Virus record (IMG/VR): IMGVR_UViG_3300029891_000001
Location: 47,439 to 111,438 of that record
Origin: a virus
Length of the DNA stretch: 64,000 nucleotides
Direction: 5' to 3' (one strand)
Shown: piece after piece, positions 10,852-21,616 of the stretch
Layout of the letters: each line of letters starts with the position of its first letter
Numbering within the stretch: position 1 is the stretch's first letter
Made by a program: the position numbers and the translations under genes
Notes under the pieces: model-generated
The model's input: only the letters and a program-made list of their open reading frames with translations
Told to the model about the DNA's origin: nothing
Databases searched by the model: none

Positions 10852-13800
10852 CTATATAACATTATATCCTCTAGTCCTTCCAACAGCTAATCCGAAATTA
10901 ATATTATTTTCTATAGTTTTGATAACTGCAGTGGCTATTTCATCTGGGTTAGAATTATTCCCATTAATAGTAATATTAACCTGATTCCCTGTCCCAAATT
11001 GACCAGAAAAAGCAGGGATGTTATATCTAGTAGGAGCATTAAATATCGCCTGATCTAATTGTTCTAAAGCTAAAGTATTTCTTTCTATAGCTCTAGTATT
11101 CTCATCTAAAGAGATAGATGATGGTTTCTCTGGTTCTTTACCCTTCCCAAATAAAGAACCGAATAACCCGCCTATAAGACTTCCACCCAATATTCCTAAA
11201 GGCCCACCAAATATTCCCAATGATTCGAATAATGATTTACCCAAAGTAGCTTCTAATCCTGCAGGCCCAAACATTCCCCCAAAACTAGCACCTTTAAGAG
11301 CAGAAGTATTCCCTTCAAATAATCCAGCAGTTATAGCTTGCCCAAGACTGGCTGCAGCAATCGCTAAACCACTTCTTAAAGCTTTAGCACCCTCACTTAA
11401 TTCTGTCTTTACTTTTTCAAAACCCTCTTCTACTTTTTCAGCAGAAGATCCTACAACACTATCTAAATCACTAAAAGTATCCATAAGAGACATAGCATAA
11501 CTAGACATTTGTCTTGATGGTACATCTGACATTTGTTTTTCTAATGATTCCATAATAGCTTTAACATATTCTTGCGTTTCTTTAAACGGTGGAATCCCTC
11601 CATATTCATCTACTCTACCAGGGCCAGCGTTATAAGCAGCTAAAGCTAATTCTAAATTTTTATATTTGTCATATTGTTCTTTAAAATATTTAGTCCCACC
11701 CATAATATTTTGATATGGATCAAGTCTATTATCAACTCCCAAATCTACTGCTGTTTTAGGCATTAATTGCATTAAACCTCGTGCACCTACACTAGATCCT
11801 GCTCTTGGGTCGAAATTAGATTCTCTTTTTATAATACCTTTTATTATCGCTTCTGGAACATCATATGTTTTAGAAGCTTCTTTTATTATATCATCAAATT
11901 CGCTAGTAATTTCTTTACCAATATATTTATAGCCTAACCCAGAAGCATCTTCTTGTTTACGGGCCATCATTATTTCTCTTTGAGTAGTTAAAAAATCATT
12001 AAGCATACGCCAATATTCTGTTAAAAATCTGACATGTTCTGCCTTAAGAGCTTCTGTATAATCCCCTATAAAACCACCAGTAGATTTTTCAAATATTTGT
12101 GCGAATTCTTGACCTAAAGTAGAAGTACCAATAGAAATATTAGATAAAGATTCTGCGAATCTAGAAGCTAATTTATCCCAATAAGCTTTTCCAACGCTAT
12201 CAAACAACTTATTGAATATTTGTTTTATTTCATATATCCCTGCTTTATAATAATTTAATTCATTTCTAACAACTTTAAGCCTATATTCAGCATCTTGTAT
12301 GGCATTTCTATCTCCATCTCTTCTGGCTTCTTGTAGTTCTTTTTCTGCATCTGCTAAATCTCTATTTAATTCATATCTTTTTTCGCTACCAGTTTCTATA
12401 TTCTCTGGAATAGAAGAAATAACATCTTTAACAGATTTTCTAAAAGTGTCTATACCATAATTCATAGAATCGAATATTTTAGATAATCTTATATTAGACA
12501 TTTTTTCAAGAAGTTTAACCATAGATTTAAATTTGCTCTCATTGGCCTTTAAAACAGCTTGAAACTTTTCAGTAGCATCCATTTGATTCGCTAGAGAAGT
12601 CTCCATATCATATTGGGTATTGATTAATTCTTTTTCTAACTTTTCTCTAACAGAAGCTTTTCTACTTAATTTCTCATATATATTAGAAGTAAATTCTAAT
12701 CCCCTCAATACAATATATTCAAGACCAGAAATATTCTGTGTTTCTAAAAATCTCTCTTTCAATAAGTTATTTCTTTTTTTCTCTTCCTGAGTCAAATTAT
12801 AAGTCAAATTAGCTAATTCTTTAATAATTTTTCTTTCGCTACTTAAAGCCTGTAAACTAGATTGAATAATTATTAATTCCCTATCTAATGAATCAATACT
12901 ATTTTCTCTATCTGTAGCAATCTTCTCATATAACTCTGGATAATCTAAAAGAAATTTTTTCATTTCTTCATCAGAGGTATCGTCTTTTAATTTAGTTATA
13001 GTTTCATTATAAAGAGATTGTTTTTTAGTAAGATCATCAATAGTATTCCCAATTTCTATTTGTATCTCAAGAGCAGTTTTTAATTGATCTATAGATTCTT
13101 TACCAAAAAATTCTAATTGATCTGCAACCCCCGTCCCGAACGGAGAAGTTTTTTGTAATTTAATAAATTGATTATATAAATCTTTTGCACTTTCTTTAAG
13201 TCCTTTAATTTTATCTTGAATTGCTATTATTTCTTTAGATGGAGCTTGGCCAATTTTCCATTCTTTATCACCTAGTGGTTCAATTTCAAAAAGGCTAACA
13301 ATTTCGTCTTGTAACTTCGTTATGTCACTTCGTATTTCAGTATCTTTTAACGTAATCTTCCCAAAAATACCAGCAATGGAATTTCTAACATTTAATGCAG
13401 CTTCATTAACCATCTTAGTTGTAAATTCTACAAACATACTAGGAATTTTACTTTTATCTGGTTCTTTTTCTAAAACCATTAAAAGATCAATATAAGTATT
13501 TATAACTGCATTTAATTTACCTGTAATTTTTTCTGAATCTATAAAACCTAAAAATTCTTCTTTCTGTTCTTTGGTTATTTGCTTTTCGTCTTCCATCTTA
13601 TCAAACATTTTTTCTATTTCTTCTATAACTAAATTCGATTTCATTTTAATAGAAGACAAATTAAGTTGAAATTTAGTTAATATATCCATACTGTCTTCGC
13701 CAAATAAATCTGTAAAAGATCTTTTAGATTTTTTTAAACTATAAGTATATTCTCCAATTTTAGAAGTATTTAATCCTCCAAAAGTAGCCTTAGCTAAATC

Positions 13801-16473
13801 TCTCCAATTTTTAGAACTAGAGAGTGCATCCTCAGAGAACTTTTCCATAGTTTTATTAAATGCTTTATAGGATTCGTTAGCTTCTAAAATATTTTTTATA
13901 TTAGCTACAACTCCCTTCTCAGTTTCAAGATCAGCTATTCTGGATTTCAAAACCATTTCATATGCCTTTTTTCTTTCTTCAGTAGCTTCTTTGAGAACTT
14001 TAAGTTCTTCTTTATTACTTTCTATAGTTTTTCTTACAGCTGTATCTAAAATATCATAAGCATTTGCCTGATTAATAATTGCTTTTCTTGTTTCTGAAAC
14101 TGCTTCGTTTAATTCAATAGATTGACCAGTATATACATCTAAAACCGTATTAACCTTTTTCAAAGTATCATTATAATCTTTTGTACCAATACCCAAATCA
14201 TTGAGTTGTTTAATATAATCCTTAACAATAGATAAATTTTTATCATAAATATCATTTTGACTTTCTAAACTTTTTACTTCTCTTTCTGTAGTCAATAATC
14301 TTTCTTTGGCACTTTCCCCGATTTCATTGTAATCAGTTATTTGTCTTCTAGATTTTTTGCCAAATAATGCCCAAAGACCAACAAGAACACCAACTGCTAA
14401 AGCAACTCCACTTAAAATTCCAGCATAAGTAGCCATAGATGCTGACAACCCCGTTAAAGTAGCCCCCTGTTTAGAAAGAAAAGAATTAGTAATAGCCACA
14501 GAAGAAGCTAAGGATTTTTGTGAAGCAGCCGCCCCCAAAGAACTGAAAGTCATATTAGTAAGAGCTTTTCCAATAATCTTTAATAAAAATTCTAATGAAA
14601 TAAAAACTCCTTTAACAACTAAAAAAACACCAAGAAAAGTAGCGAATGCACCTACTATACCACCAAAAATAGTTTTTAGCGGTTTAAGAAAATTCAAAAA
14701 TTTATTAAAAATACTTACCATATTAGTTATTGGAACAAGTAAGGTACTACCAATTCTTTCTCCAAATTCTGATATAACTACTTTAAAACTTTCCCAAGAT
14801 TTAGCAATAGTTTCTACTTCTAATTGATTAGCCCTTAATGCTTCTGTAGAAGCTTTTTGTGCCGTTATAACAGATTTTTGTTTAACTGCATAATTATCCA
14901 TTAAAGCAACAAAATCAGAATATCTTCTTATTCCTCCTAAAGTAACAGCAATATTAGCTTTTGTAACATCATCTAAAGTTCCCCATTTCACAGATAAATC
15001 ATCTAATATATCATCTAAATCTCTGAAAGTATAAGCATTTTGTAACACAGCTATATTAATACCTTCAAATACGTCTATAACTTCTTTTCTTGGTAACCTG
15101 GCGAACATAGTCTTTAATGACTGTCCAATAGCAGTACCACTTTTTCTAGTTACAGCATTGATAGCGGAAACATAACCAGTTAAATCATCAATATCGACAC
15201 CAACAACTCTAGCTGCTGCACCAACAATCTTCATAGCATTGGCTAAATCTTTGGCTTCTACTGGAAAAGCAGCTTGTACTGCCATCCATTTAGCAATAAC
15301 TTGTGTAGATTCTTCTATAGCTACACCATAAGTAAAAATCGCAGAAGTAAGAGCTTCTGTAACTTCTTTTGCATCCATTTCAATCGCGTTAACACCCAAC
15401 AAAGTAGCTTTAGTAGTTTCTAAGGTTTGAGATACATTAAGTCCCATCTGTGCCCATACTTGCATTGATCTGCCAACTTCTAGAGCAGATACAGAATATT
15501 GATACCCAAGTTCATAAGCACTATCTTTAAGTTCTTTGTTGGCATCTACTGTTTCTGGCAAAACCTTATTAAGTCTTGCCATAACCAATTCCATATCAGT
15601 AAATACTTTCATAGAATCACGAAGAGCTTCGATAGCACCACGCATAGCATAAAAAGCTACACGATATCTAATAAGTTTAGATATGGCAATTCCAATTCTA
15701 TCATTTATTTGTTCTTGTTCTTTTGCAAGCTTTTCTTTTTCTACTCTAGCTTCTTTTTCTCGTTTGGTAGTATCTATAATACTGTCACGATAATTATTTA
15801 CAGAATTAAAAGCTATATCCCATTCTTTATAAATACCCTCTCCAGCCGCCGTAGAACGAAGTTTCATATTGCCTTGGTCTTGTTGTATCCCACTTATTGT
15901 AATATAATTATTAATATCTTTTTGTACTTGTCTGATCCTATCAACAATTTTTAATCTTTCTTGATCTGTTTTAACGTTTTTATATAAAACTTGAGCATAA
16001 TCTTTTGTAGCATTGAGAATTTGAGTAGCCATTACTAATTGATTACGATAAAGAGTCTGCGATTGCATTAATCTGTCTATAATACTTTTAGGGAATATTC
16101 TGTCTCCACCAGTATCGGCAGACATTTTCATATATTCTCTAAGTTCTTTTGCTTTATCTACTATTTCAGAAATAGTCTTTTTATCTAATTGTTCCGAAAA
16201 TGTTGATCTGGCACCATGAATAGCAGCAGTGGCTTCTTTCTTGGGCATAGATCTTTCCCAATCGCCAAAATAATTCTTTATTCGTGTACCAAAATTTTGA
16301 GCAACATCTCCAGTCTGAATCATTTTATTTATAACATTGTCAAAAGATTTTCTAGTATCTTTGTCCATCTCAGAAATAGCTTCTCTGACAATATTACAAG
16401 AACGAGTTGGCTTATCGCTATTAATAGCATCCCAAATTAAATTTATACCAACATCAAATGATTCTGCTGCCAT
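10852..16473 (-). CDS. Tail tape measure protein (TP901-like) with SLT lytic transglycosylase domain
   Basis: 1873-aa helical protein with TP901-type core (AKDLANAM...TRKSGTAIGQSLKTMFARL) and SLT motifs IKRESNFDPRAGSSVGARGLMQLMP and LALAAYNAGPG...PPFKETQEYV. Confidence 0.92.
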   Translation of the reverse strand: MAAESFDVGINLIWDAINSDKPTRSCNIVREAISEMDKDTRKSFDNVINKMIQTGDVAQNFGTRIKNYFGDWERSMPKKEATAAIHGARSTFSEQLDKKTISEIVDKAKELREYMKMSADTGGDRIFPKSIIDRLMQSQTLYRNQLVMATQILNATKDYAQVLYKNVKTDQERLKIVDRIRQVQKDINNYITISGIQQDQGNMKLRSTAAGEGIYKEWDIAFNSVNNYRDSIIDTTKREKEARVEKEKLAKEQEQINDRIGIAISKLIRYRVAFYAMRGAIEALRDSMKVFTDMELVMARLNKVLPETVDANKELKDSAYELGYQYSVSALEVGRSMQVWAQMGLNVSQTLETTKATLLGVNAIEMDAKEVTEALTSAIFTYGVAIEESTQVIAKWMAVQAAFPVEAKDLANAMKIVGAAARVVGVDIDDLTGYVSAINAVTRKSGTAIGQSLKTMFARLPRKEVIDVFEGINIAVLQNAYTFRDLDDILDDLSVKWGTLDDVTKANIAVTLGGIRRYSDFVALMDNYAVKQKSVITAQKASTEALRANQLEVETIAKSWESFKVVISEFGERIGSTLLVPITNMVSIFNKFLNFLKPLKTIFGGIVGAFATFLGVFLVVKGVFISLEFLLKIIGKALTNMTFSSLGAAASQKSLASSVAITNSFLSKQGATLTGLSASMATYAGILSGVALAVGVLVGLWALFGKKSRRQITDYNEIGESAKERLLTTEREVKSLESQNDIYDKNLSIVKDYIKQLNDLGIGTKDYNDTLKKVNTVLDVYTGQSIELNEAVSETRKAIINQANAYDILDTAVRKTIESNKEELKVLKEATEERKKAYEMVLKSRIADLETEKGVVANIKNILEANESYKAFNKTMEKFSEDALSSSKNWRDLAKATFGGLNTSKIGEYTYSLKKSKRSFTDLFGEDSMDILTKFQLNLSSIKMKSNLVIEEIEKMFDKMEDEKQITKEQKEEFLGFIDSEKITGKLNAVINTYIDLLMVLEKEPDKSKIPSMFVEFTTKMVNEAALNVRNSIAGIFGKITLKDTEIRSDITKLQDEIVSLFEIEPLGDKEWKIGQAPSKEIIAIQDKIKGLKESAKDLYNQFIKLQKTSPFGTGVADQLEFFGKESIDQLKTALEIQIEIGNTIDDLTKKQSLYNETITKLKDDTSDEEMKKFLLDYPELYEKIATDRENSIDSLDRELIIIQSSLQALSSERKIIKELANLTYNLTQEEKKRNNLLKERFLETQNISGLEYIVLRGLEFTSNIYEKLSRKASVREKLEKELINTQYDMETSLANQMDATEKFQAVLKANESKFKSMVKLLEKMSNIRLSKIFDSMNYGIDTFRKSVKDVISSIPENIETGSEKRYELNRDLADAEKELQEARRDGDRNAIQDAEYRLKVVRNELNYYKAGIYEIKQIFNKLFDSVGKAYWDKLASRFAESLSNISIGTSTLGQEFAQIFEKSTGGFIGDYTEALKAEHVRFLTEYWRMLNDFLTTQREIMMARKQEDASGLGYKYIGKEITSEFDDIIKEASKTYDVPEAIIKGIIKRESNFDPRAGSSVGARGLMQLMPKTAVDLGVDNRLDPYQNIMGGTKYFKEQYDKYKNLELALAAYNAGPGRVDEYGGIPPFKETQEYVKAIMESLEKQMSDVPSRQMSSYAMSLMDTFSDLDSVVGSSAEKVEEGFEKVKTELSEGAKALRSGLAIAAASLGQAITAGLFEGNTSALKGASFGGMFGPAGLEATLGKSLFESLGIFGGPLGILGGSLIGGLFGSLFGKGKEPEKPSSISLDENTRAIERNTLALEQLDQAIFNAPTRYNIPAFSGQFGTGNQVNITINGNNSNPDEIATAVIKTIENNINFGLAVGRTRGYNVI

Positions 16474-16481
16474 CTTAACTC

Positions 16482-16745
16482 CTAATTAACATTATAGACT
16501 TCTTTAGATCCATGTTTACGTTCTTTGTCTTTTTGTTTTTCTTTAAAAACTTTTCTCTCAACAAATTCATCCATTAATGGGTTATATTTTATAATATGTT
16601 TGGCTGGTCTTTCTTCTTCGTCTAAAGAATAAACATTATGGTTATAAAATTTAATCCAATATATAAAATTCTTTTCATTCGTACCATATTCAATAGCTGC
16701 CTTATCAAATATCGGTACATGCATATCTAAAGAAATTATATACAT
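16482..16745 (-). CDS. Tail assembly chaperone, C-terminal (gpT-like) part, probably reached by -1 frameshift
   Basis: Lies between chaperone and tape measure genes; its frame stays open upstream into the 3' end of the preceding gene. Confidence 0.55.
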   Translation of the reverse strand: MYIISLDMHVPIFDKAAIEYGTNEKNFIYWIKFYNHNVYSLDEEERPAKHIIKYNPLMDEFVERKVFKEKQKDKERKHGSKEVYNVN

Positions 16746-16768
16746 TCTTTGATACTCGATATCTTTAG

Positions 16769-17536
16769 CTAACTCTCTAATTTCTTTACCTCCCCAACAA
16801 GTTGAAAAATCTTGTTAGGGAGGTCGTGAATTATCTCCTGTGATAAACCCATCCAATATGAAATAGCAGAGTTCAATATAATGCGAACGTTGTTAAGATC
16901 TTTTTCTTCTAAAAAAGAATCATAACTTTCCCAAACTCTACTCTCATCGGTGAATTTAACACAAAGAGACAATTTCATTCTTAATTGTTCCTCTTCTGCT
17001 TTACTTTCTATGGTATTGGTTAATAAACTTTCTCTCTTACTGATTTTATCTCTTATCTTTTTTTCTATAGTGTACCAATCATCTTTTAATTTATTAAATA
17101 AAGTAATATTTTTACTTTTAAGTTGTTCGGCTAATTTAAGATTCTTATTCTCTTTAGCAATATCTACATTACTTTTTAATTTAGCTACAGAAAATTCAAC
17201 TTCTTTTCTTTCTTCTTGTAAATTATCTAATTCGTCTTCATCTTTCTGAGACCAAACTCCCCTTTCTGATAACTTCTGAAGCATTTCTTCTCTTAACAAA
17301 AACCCCTTATTAAAATACTCATTGAACTTATTAGAATAAAAATCAGTATAAATAGCTTCTTCTTTAACAGATGGATTAAAAATATGAATTTCTACATCCT
17401 CTTTTTCTTTAAATTTCTTTAATTTTAAAACCCTATACCCAGATTTCAATTCAGCTTCAGCTTGTTTAACCCAACTGTCTGGAATAGGGTCACTAAGTTT
17501 GGGATTTACTTCTTCAATCTTTCTATCTTCTGCCAT
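16769..17536 (-). CDS. Tail assembly chaperone (gpG-like)
   Basis: Canonical position between tail tube and tape measure genes; charged helical protein. Confidence 0.6.
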   Translation of the reverse strand: MAEDRKIEEVNPKLSDPIPDSWVKQAEAELKSGYRVLKLKKFKEKEDVEIHIFNPSVKEEAIYTDFYSNKFNEYFNKGFLLREEMLQKLSERGVWSQKDEDELDNLQEERKEVEFSVAKLKSNVDIAKENKNLKLAEQLKSKNITLFNKLKDDWYTIEKKIRDKISKRESLLTNTIESKAEEEQLRMKLSLCVKFTDESRVWESYDSFLEEKDLNNVRIILNSAISYWMGLSQEIIHDLPNKIFQLVGEVKKLES

Positions 17537-17557
17537 TTTCTTTCCTTTCTATGTATG

Positions 17558-17582
17558 AAAATGGGAGGCAAGCCCCCCATTT
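17558..17582 (-). terminator. Stem-loop / intrinsic terminator after tail tube gene
   Basis: Minus strand AAATGGGGGGC-TT-GCCTCCCATTTT. A second hairpin, AGCGAGGA-N4-TCCTCGCT, lies at 17620-17639. Confidence 0.55.
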
Positions 17583-17661
17583 ATTAAATAGCCCTTGCCC
17601 ACTATCTCTTTTATTATGGAGCGAGGATTTCTCCTCGCTTAAAGCATTATTGCTTAATCAC

Positions 17662-19107
17662 TTACAACGCACCAAACCAGCCTCCGGTTACGTTCACGCC
17701 ACTTCCATAAATATTAACATTGTCTGCTAAAAATGATATTTCATGAGTAGCATTAGCCCCAACATTAACGCTAAAGTTTTCACTTTGGACTGACATTTTA
17801 TTAATATCAATAGTCTTCAATAATGTAGCTTGAGTCTTATCAGCATATACCATCAACTTTAAAGAATTATAATCATTAAAATCATTAAGAGTAATTTCTT
17901 TTTCAGTAGCTTCTGAAGTAGAACCTAACATAGCAAAATACTGCAAATCAGAATCAGTAAAACTGCAATTAACAGTAACGGGAACCGGGGTATTTTTAGA
18001 AATCCCATAAAACCCATGTTTCCCAAGTTCAAATAACTGTTCTTCTGACAAAGCGACATCAATAGAAACACTCTGTAATCTTAAAGCTTTTCCTGAAGAA
18101 GTATAAGTAGTTCTACCAGCAGGCCCCTGAGTATTCCAAAGATAAGCAACAACTTGACCCCTTCTAACAACACCAATAGCACCAGAAGTAGATTCTAACT
18201 CATATCCAGGATTCCAATTGCTAACAGCAGTAGCTTCCCAAGTAGCCGCATAAGTTATAGGAGCGTATATAATAGTTGCCCTATCTAAACTATTAGAAGC
18301 AGTAGAAACAAAAGGAGTTGACAAGGGGGGAGTACCTCTATAATAAAGAGAAAATGAGCTAGCAGCTTGACCATCACTAACTGCTGGATTATCTGAAGTA
18401 CATTCCCACATAGTGTTGCTCATATAAGCAATTTCGCTATTAAAAGCAACTGCAACTACAGTAGAACCAGAAGGAATAGAAGACCCAAGATTAATAAAAG
18501 CTATACTAGTAGCTTCATAAGTCCTTCTAATTTGAGAAGTCTCACATTTATAAGCTCTTACATCTTTATACTGATTAGCATACCAAGTTTTATTGTCTGC
18601 AACTAAAGTATAATTTTCTGCAGCATTACCATTAACATCATAAGATAATGAGAATCCAGTTACAGCACAATGATTTAACCACATCGTTCTTGCAGCAGCA
18701 GTGCCGTCTTGATTAATAGTAACTAACAAACTAGAATAACCATTAAGTAAATCTAGTTCATCGATATTTCTATAAGCAGCATTAGAAGAAGCAGCTCTAA
18801 TATAATATTTCATACCATAATCAGCATGATTCCTAGGGCCAGCTTCTGGACTTTTTCCAGAAACATAAGTAAACATTTTATCAGTAAGTAAAGCTAAGGT
18901 ATCAGTAGATCCAACGTCATTAGTATCTAATGTAACATTAACAGTTGGAGTACCATCAATCCATTCGACAGCCCCAGAATTAGCTAATTCTAAAGACTGT
19001 TCTTTTGGAGTGTCTGTATTAACAGTAACAGTTTGAATCCTCTTTGTTACGATACCATCTATGGCTACAGATACATGACTATATCTAATTTTTTCCGGTT
19101 TAGACAC
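17662..19107 (-). CDS. Major tail (tube) protein with two tandem tube-like domains
   Basis: Position; internal duplication RIQTVTVNTDTPKEQSLELANSG vs RLQSVSIDVALSEEQLFELGKHG; followed by hairpins typical of highly expressed genes. Confidence 0.7.
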   Translation of the reverse strand: MSKPEKIRYSHVSVAIDGIVTKRIQTVTVNTDTPKEQSLELANSGAVEWIDGTPTVNVTLDTNDVGSTDTLALLTDKMFTYVSGKSPEAGPRNHADYGMKYYIRAASSNAAYRNIDELDLLNGYSSLLVTINQDGTAAARTMWLNHCAVTGFSLSYDVNGNAAENYTLVADNKTWYANQYKDVRAYKCETSQIRRTYEATSIAFINLGSSIPSGSTVVAVAFNSEIAYMSNTMWECTSDNPAVSDGQAASSFSLYYRGTPPLSTPFVSTASNSLDRATIIYAPITYAATWEATAVSNWNPGYELESTSGAIGVVRRGQVVAYLWNTQGPAGRTTYTSSGKALRLQSVSIDVALSEEQLFELGKHGFYGISKNTPVPVTVNCSFTDSDLQYFAMLGSTSEATEKEITLNDFNDYNSLKLMVYADKTQATLLKTIDINKMSVQSENFSVNVGANATHEISFLADNVNIYGSGVNVTGGWFGAL

Positions 19108-19119
19108 AATTAACCTCCT

Positions 19120-19614
19120 TTATAAATTAGGTAAATTTAATATCCCATCAATTAAAGTGTGATACTTTTCACCCTTAATATTCGTATTCTCTGGAGGGGC
19201 TATTAATTGAACGCTTATTCCCTCGCAGTACATCTCACCTATTCTAGTTATTCCTCTATAATCACCGATAGACGCTGGAAATCCTTCATTGAAATCATAT
19301 AGCGGAATAATTTTTTCATTTAACGCTTCATATAAAACATAACTTAAACTATCTCTTTGCACTTTAGAATTTGCAAAAAGATCACAAAATATACTTGCTA
19401 TGGGCCATTCCCCACTTCCTATTTCTACTGGAACACCTGAAAAATTATCAACTTCTACAGAAAGCGTAGGCCAAGAATCAGTATTATTTCTATCAATCAT
19501 ATCGCTAGGATAAGCATCAATAACATTAGCTGAACTTAATCCATTATTTACAAAAATTTCTTTCAAATAATAAGTCAAATTATCTGCCGCTAATCTGAAT
19601 AATTTCATCTCCAT
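19120..19614 (-). CDS. Tail terminator/completion protein
   Basis: VIDAYP...WPTLSVE...PVEIGS...DLFANSKVQRDSL pattern; directly upstream of the tail tube gene. Confidence 0.55.
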   Translation of the reverse strand: MEMKLFRLAADNLTYYLKEIFVNNGLSSANVIDAYPSDMIDRNNTDSWPTLSVEVDNFSGVPVEIGSGEWPIASIFCDLFANSKVQRDSLSYVLYEALNEKIIPLYDFNEGFPASIGDYRGITRIGEMYCEGISVQLIAPPENTNIKGEKYHTLIDGILNLPNL

Positions 19615-20372
19615 TATTTAGCTGCCTGTCTATATGGTCTTAAACTTTCTCTTAATCTTTGCTTTAATATAATCATCCCTTGTTTTCTGAGCCAATGCAA
19701 TCCATAAGCGATAAATCTTCTACCTCTCCAAGCTCCATGATATATATCTAATTCATATAATTCAGCTGCTTTTTTATTTTCAGTATTTCTATTTTTCAAA
19801 AATCTATTATAAGCAGAACTATATGAACCAATTCTTTGTTGTCTTTCATTATAGTTTCCTCTAGAACGATCTCTTTTTCTAATTGGAGTCAAAGACCCCC
19901 TTATCCCATAACTGTTTAAAAATCTACCTTTAGGGTTATATTTCCAAACATAATTTTGAACAAAACTAAAACTATTATATCCCCATTCTTGAGATCTCCA
20001 ATATGAATATCCTCTTTTAGAAACAACTTGATCTAATATAGTTTCATCTAAAATTTTAATCCTAAAAGAATCTTTGCCAACTGGTATTAATATAATAGAC
20101 TGTTTTGCTATGGCAGATTCTAATCTCCCTGTTCCTCTGCTACTACTTCTACTGCTTTGCCTTTTTTTTGTAGCATTTCTTTTATTATATGCCCGATATC
20201 TAGCTAACATATTGTCTTTTGCTTGTGTAGCTAACTGCATAGCTAAATATTTTACACTACTTTTGCTGTCTCCCCTAATAACTTCCTGAAGTTGATTACT
20301 ATATCCTTGTAAATCAGATAAATTATAGGTTAAACCTATCTTTCTTATAGTTTTACGTACTCTTATCGGCAT
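19614..20372 (-). CDS. HK97 gp10-like neck/tail completion protein
   Basis: Basic protein with TGRLESAI, YWRSQEWG and C-terminal GRRFI motifs. Confidence 0.5.
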   Translation of the reverse strand: MPIRVRKTIRKIGLTYNLSDLQGYSNQLQEVIRGDSKSSVKYLAMQLATQAKDNMLARYRAYNKRNATKKRQSSRSSSRGTGRLESAIAKQSIILIPVGKDSFRIKILDETILDQVVSKRGYSYWRSQEWGYNSFSFVQNYVWKYNPKGRFLNSYGIRGSLTPIRKRDRSRGNYNERQQRIGSYSSAYNRFLKNRNTENKKAAELYELDIYHGAWRGRRFIAYGLHWLRKQGMIILKQRLRESLRPYRQAAK

Positions 20373-20625
20373 CTTGTATATTCGTTATAACCTTACAAAC
20401 AGTTAAATAAAAATCATTATACCCACTTAATATAGCTCTTCTAATTTTCTTTCTCTCTTTTTCGTCACTAACATAAGCGTCTAAAACTTCTAAAGTCCTT
20501 TTTATATTTTTATTTAAGTCTTTTAATAAATAATCGGTTATTGGAACGCTAAAAGTTATTTCTTCAATATAATTATTTTTATAAGTTTTTATCTTAACTA
20601 ATTTTGTTTCAACATCTTTTTCCAT
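20353..20625 (-). CDS. Hypothetical protein
   Basis: Likely start at MEKDVETK, overlapping the upstream stop as TAATG. Confidence 0.5.
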   Translation of the reverse strand: MEKDVETKLVKIKTYKNNYIEEITFSVPITDYLLKDLNKNIKRTLEVLDAYVSDEKERKKIRRAILSGYNDFYLTVCKVITNIQDADKST

Positions 20626-21098
20626 TATCTCTTTATTTCCTCTAAGTTTATGACACATATTTTTAAGGCTTCTATTCCTGTTCTAAATGTGTTTTTAACA
20701 CCATAATGTTTACCATCGATATAAACATCATCAGTTTTGTCAAAATAAGAAACACCGCTAGGAGAAGAAGAATCCAATAATACATCTGGCAACCAACAAG
20801 TTAAACGAGCATCTCCTTCTGGGTAAAAATTTATCTTCCGTTGACTAAAATCTAAAAATCCCTGATTACCTAAAAATGTTTTTATAACACCTTTACAAGG
20901 ATAAGCCGTATTAGTATAATAAAAAAATGCTCCATTACAAGTAGAACAATTAGAATTAGTAGATTCTTTAGTAATTGGATTATATCCACAAGAAGAACAA
21001 TTGGCAGTAGAATTATAATAAATAGTTACATTCCTACCCCATTCATGAATGGTATTTTTTAGTTGAGTTTCATAAACTCTCACTATTCTTTTTCTCAT
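20625..21098 (-). CDS. Head closure / head-tail joining protein with Zn-finger
   Basis: CSSC...CSTCNG motif, C-terminal IDGKHYGV; position after the adaptor gene. Confidence 0.5.
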   Translation of the reverse strand: MRKRIVRVYETQLKNTIHEWGRNVTIYYNSTANCSSCGYNPITKESTNSNCSTCNGAFFYYTNTAYPCKGVIKTFLGNQGFLDFSQRKINFYPEGDARLTCWLPDVLLDSSSPSGVSYFDKTDDVYIDGKHYGVKNTFRTGIEALKICVINLEEIKR

Positions 21099-21099
21099 T

Positions 21100-21606
21100 T
21101 TAGTACCTGCTATAAGGACTGTCTAAATCAACATCTGGATTAACTTCACTAGTCCCAATGCTATTTCTTATAAGCCCATCTACATATGTATCTATTTCAT
21201 AGCCTATTGATATATTCATTTTAACGTCATATATTAAATTATTCATTTCTTCTTTTAGCTGTTTTATATCATCTCTTCTTAATCTTAATATACCAGTTAC
21301 ATCAACCTTTATATCTCCAACAGATACCATTCCACCATCATATATAGCATCCATCATAGAAGATTCTTTTAAAAATATAATAGTTTGCAATTTATATAAA
21401 GCTAATTCTGCATCGGATGGTGTTCTGGCTATAGCAACAGAATTAGTCGTTATAGCAATAACATTATTAAAATATATTTTTCCATTAACAAATTCAACAG
21501 CATCTTTAAAATAAAACGCTAAATCTTGATCGCTATAAATATACCTATCAATATCAGTATCGCCTATCAGTCTTCTTATAGATCTAATGTAATCCCTGGC
21601 ATCCAT
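21100..21606 (-). CDS. Head-tail adaptor (connector) protein
   Basis: IRRLIGDTD...YSDQDL N-terminus and VSVGDIKVD motif are typical of adaptors. Confidence 0.6.
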   Translation of the reverse strand: MDARDYIRSIRRLIGDTDIDRYIYSDQDLAFYFKDAVEFVNGKIYFNNVIAITTNSVAIARTPSDAELALYKLQTIIFLKESSMMDAIYDGGMVSVGDIKVDVTGILRLRRDDIKQLKEEMNNLIYDVKMNISIGYEIDTYVDGLIRNSIGTSEVNPDVDLDSPYSRY

Positions 21607-21616
21607 AATCTCCTCT

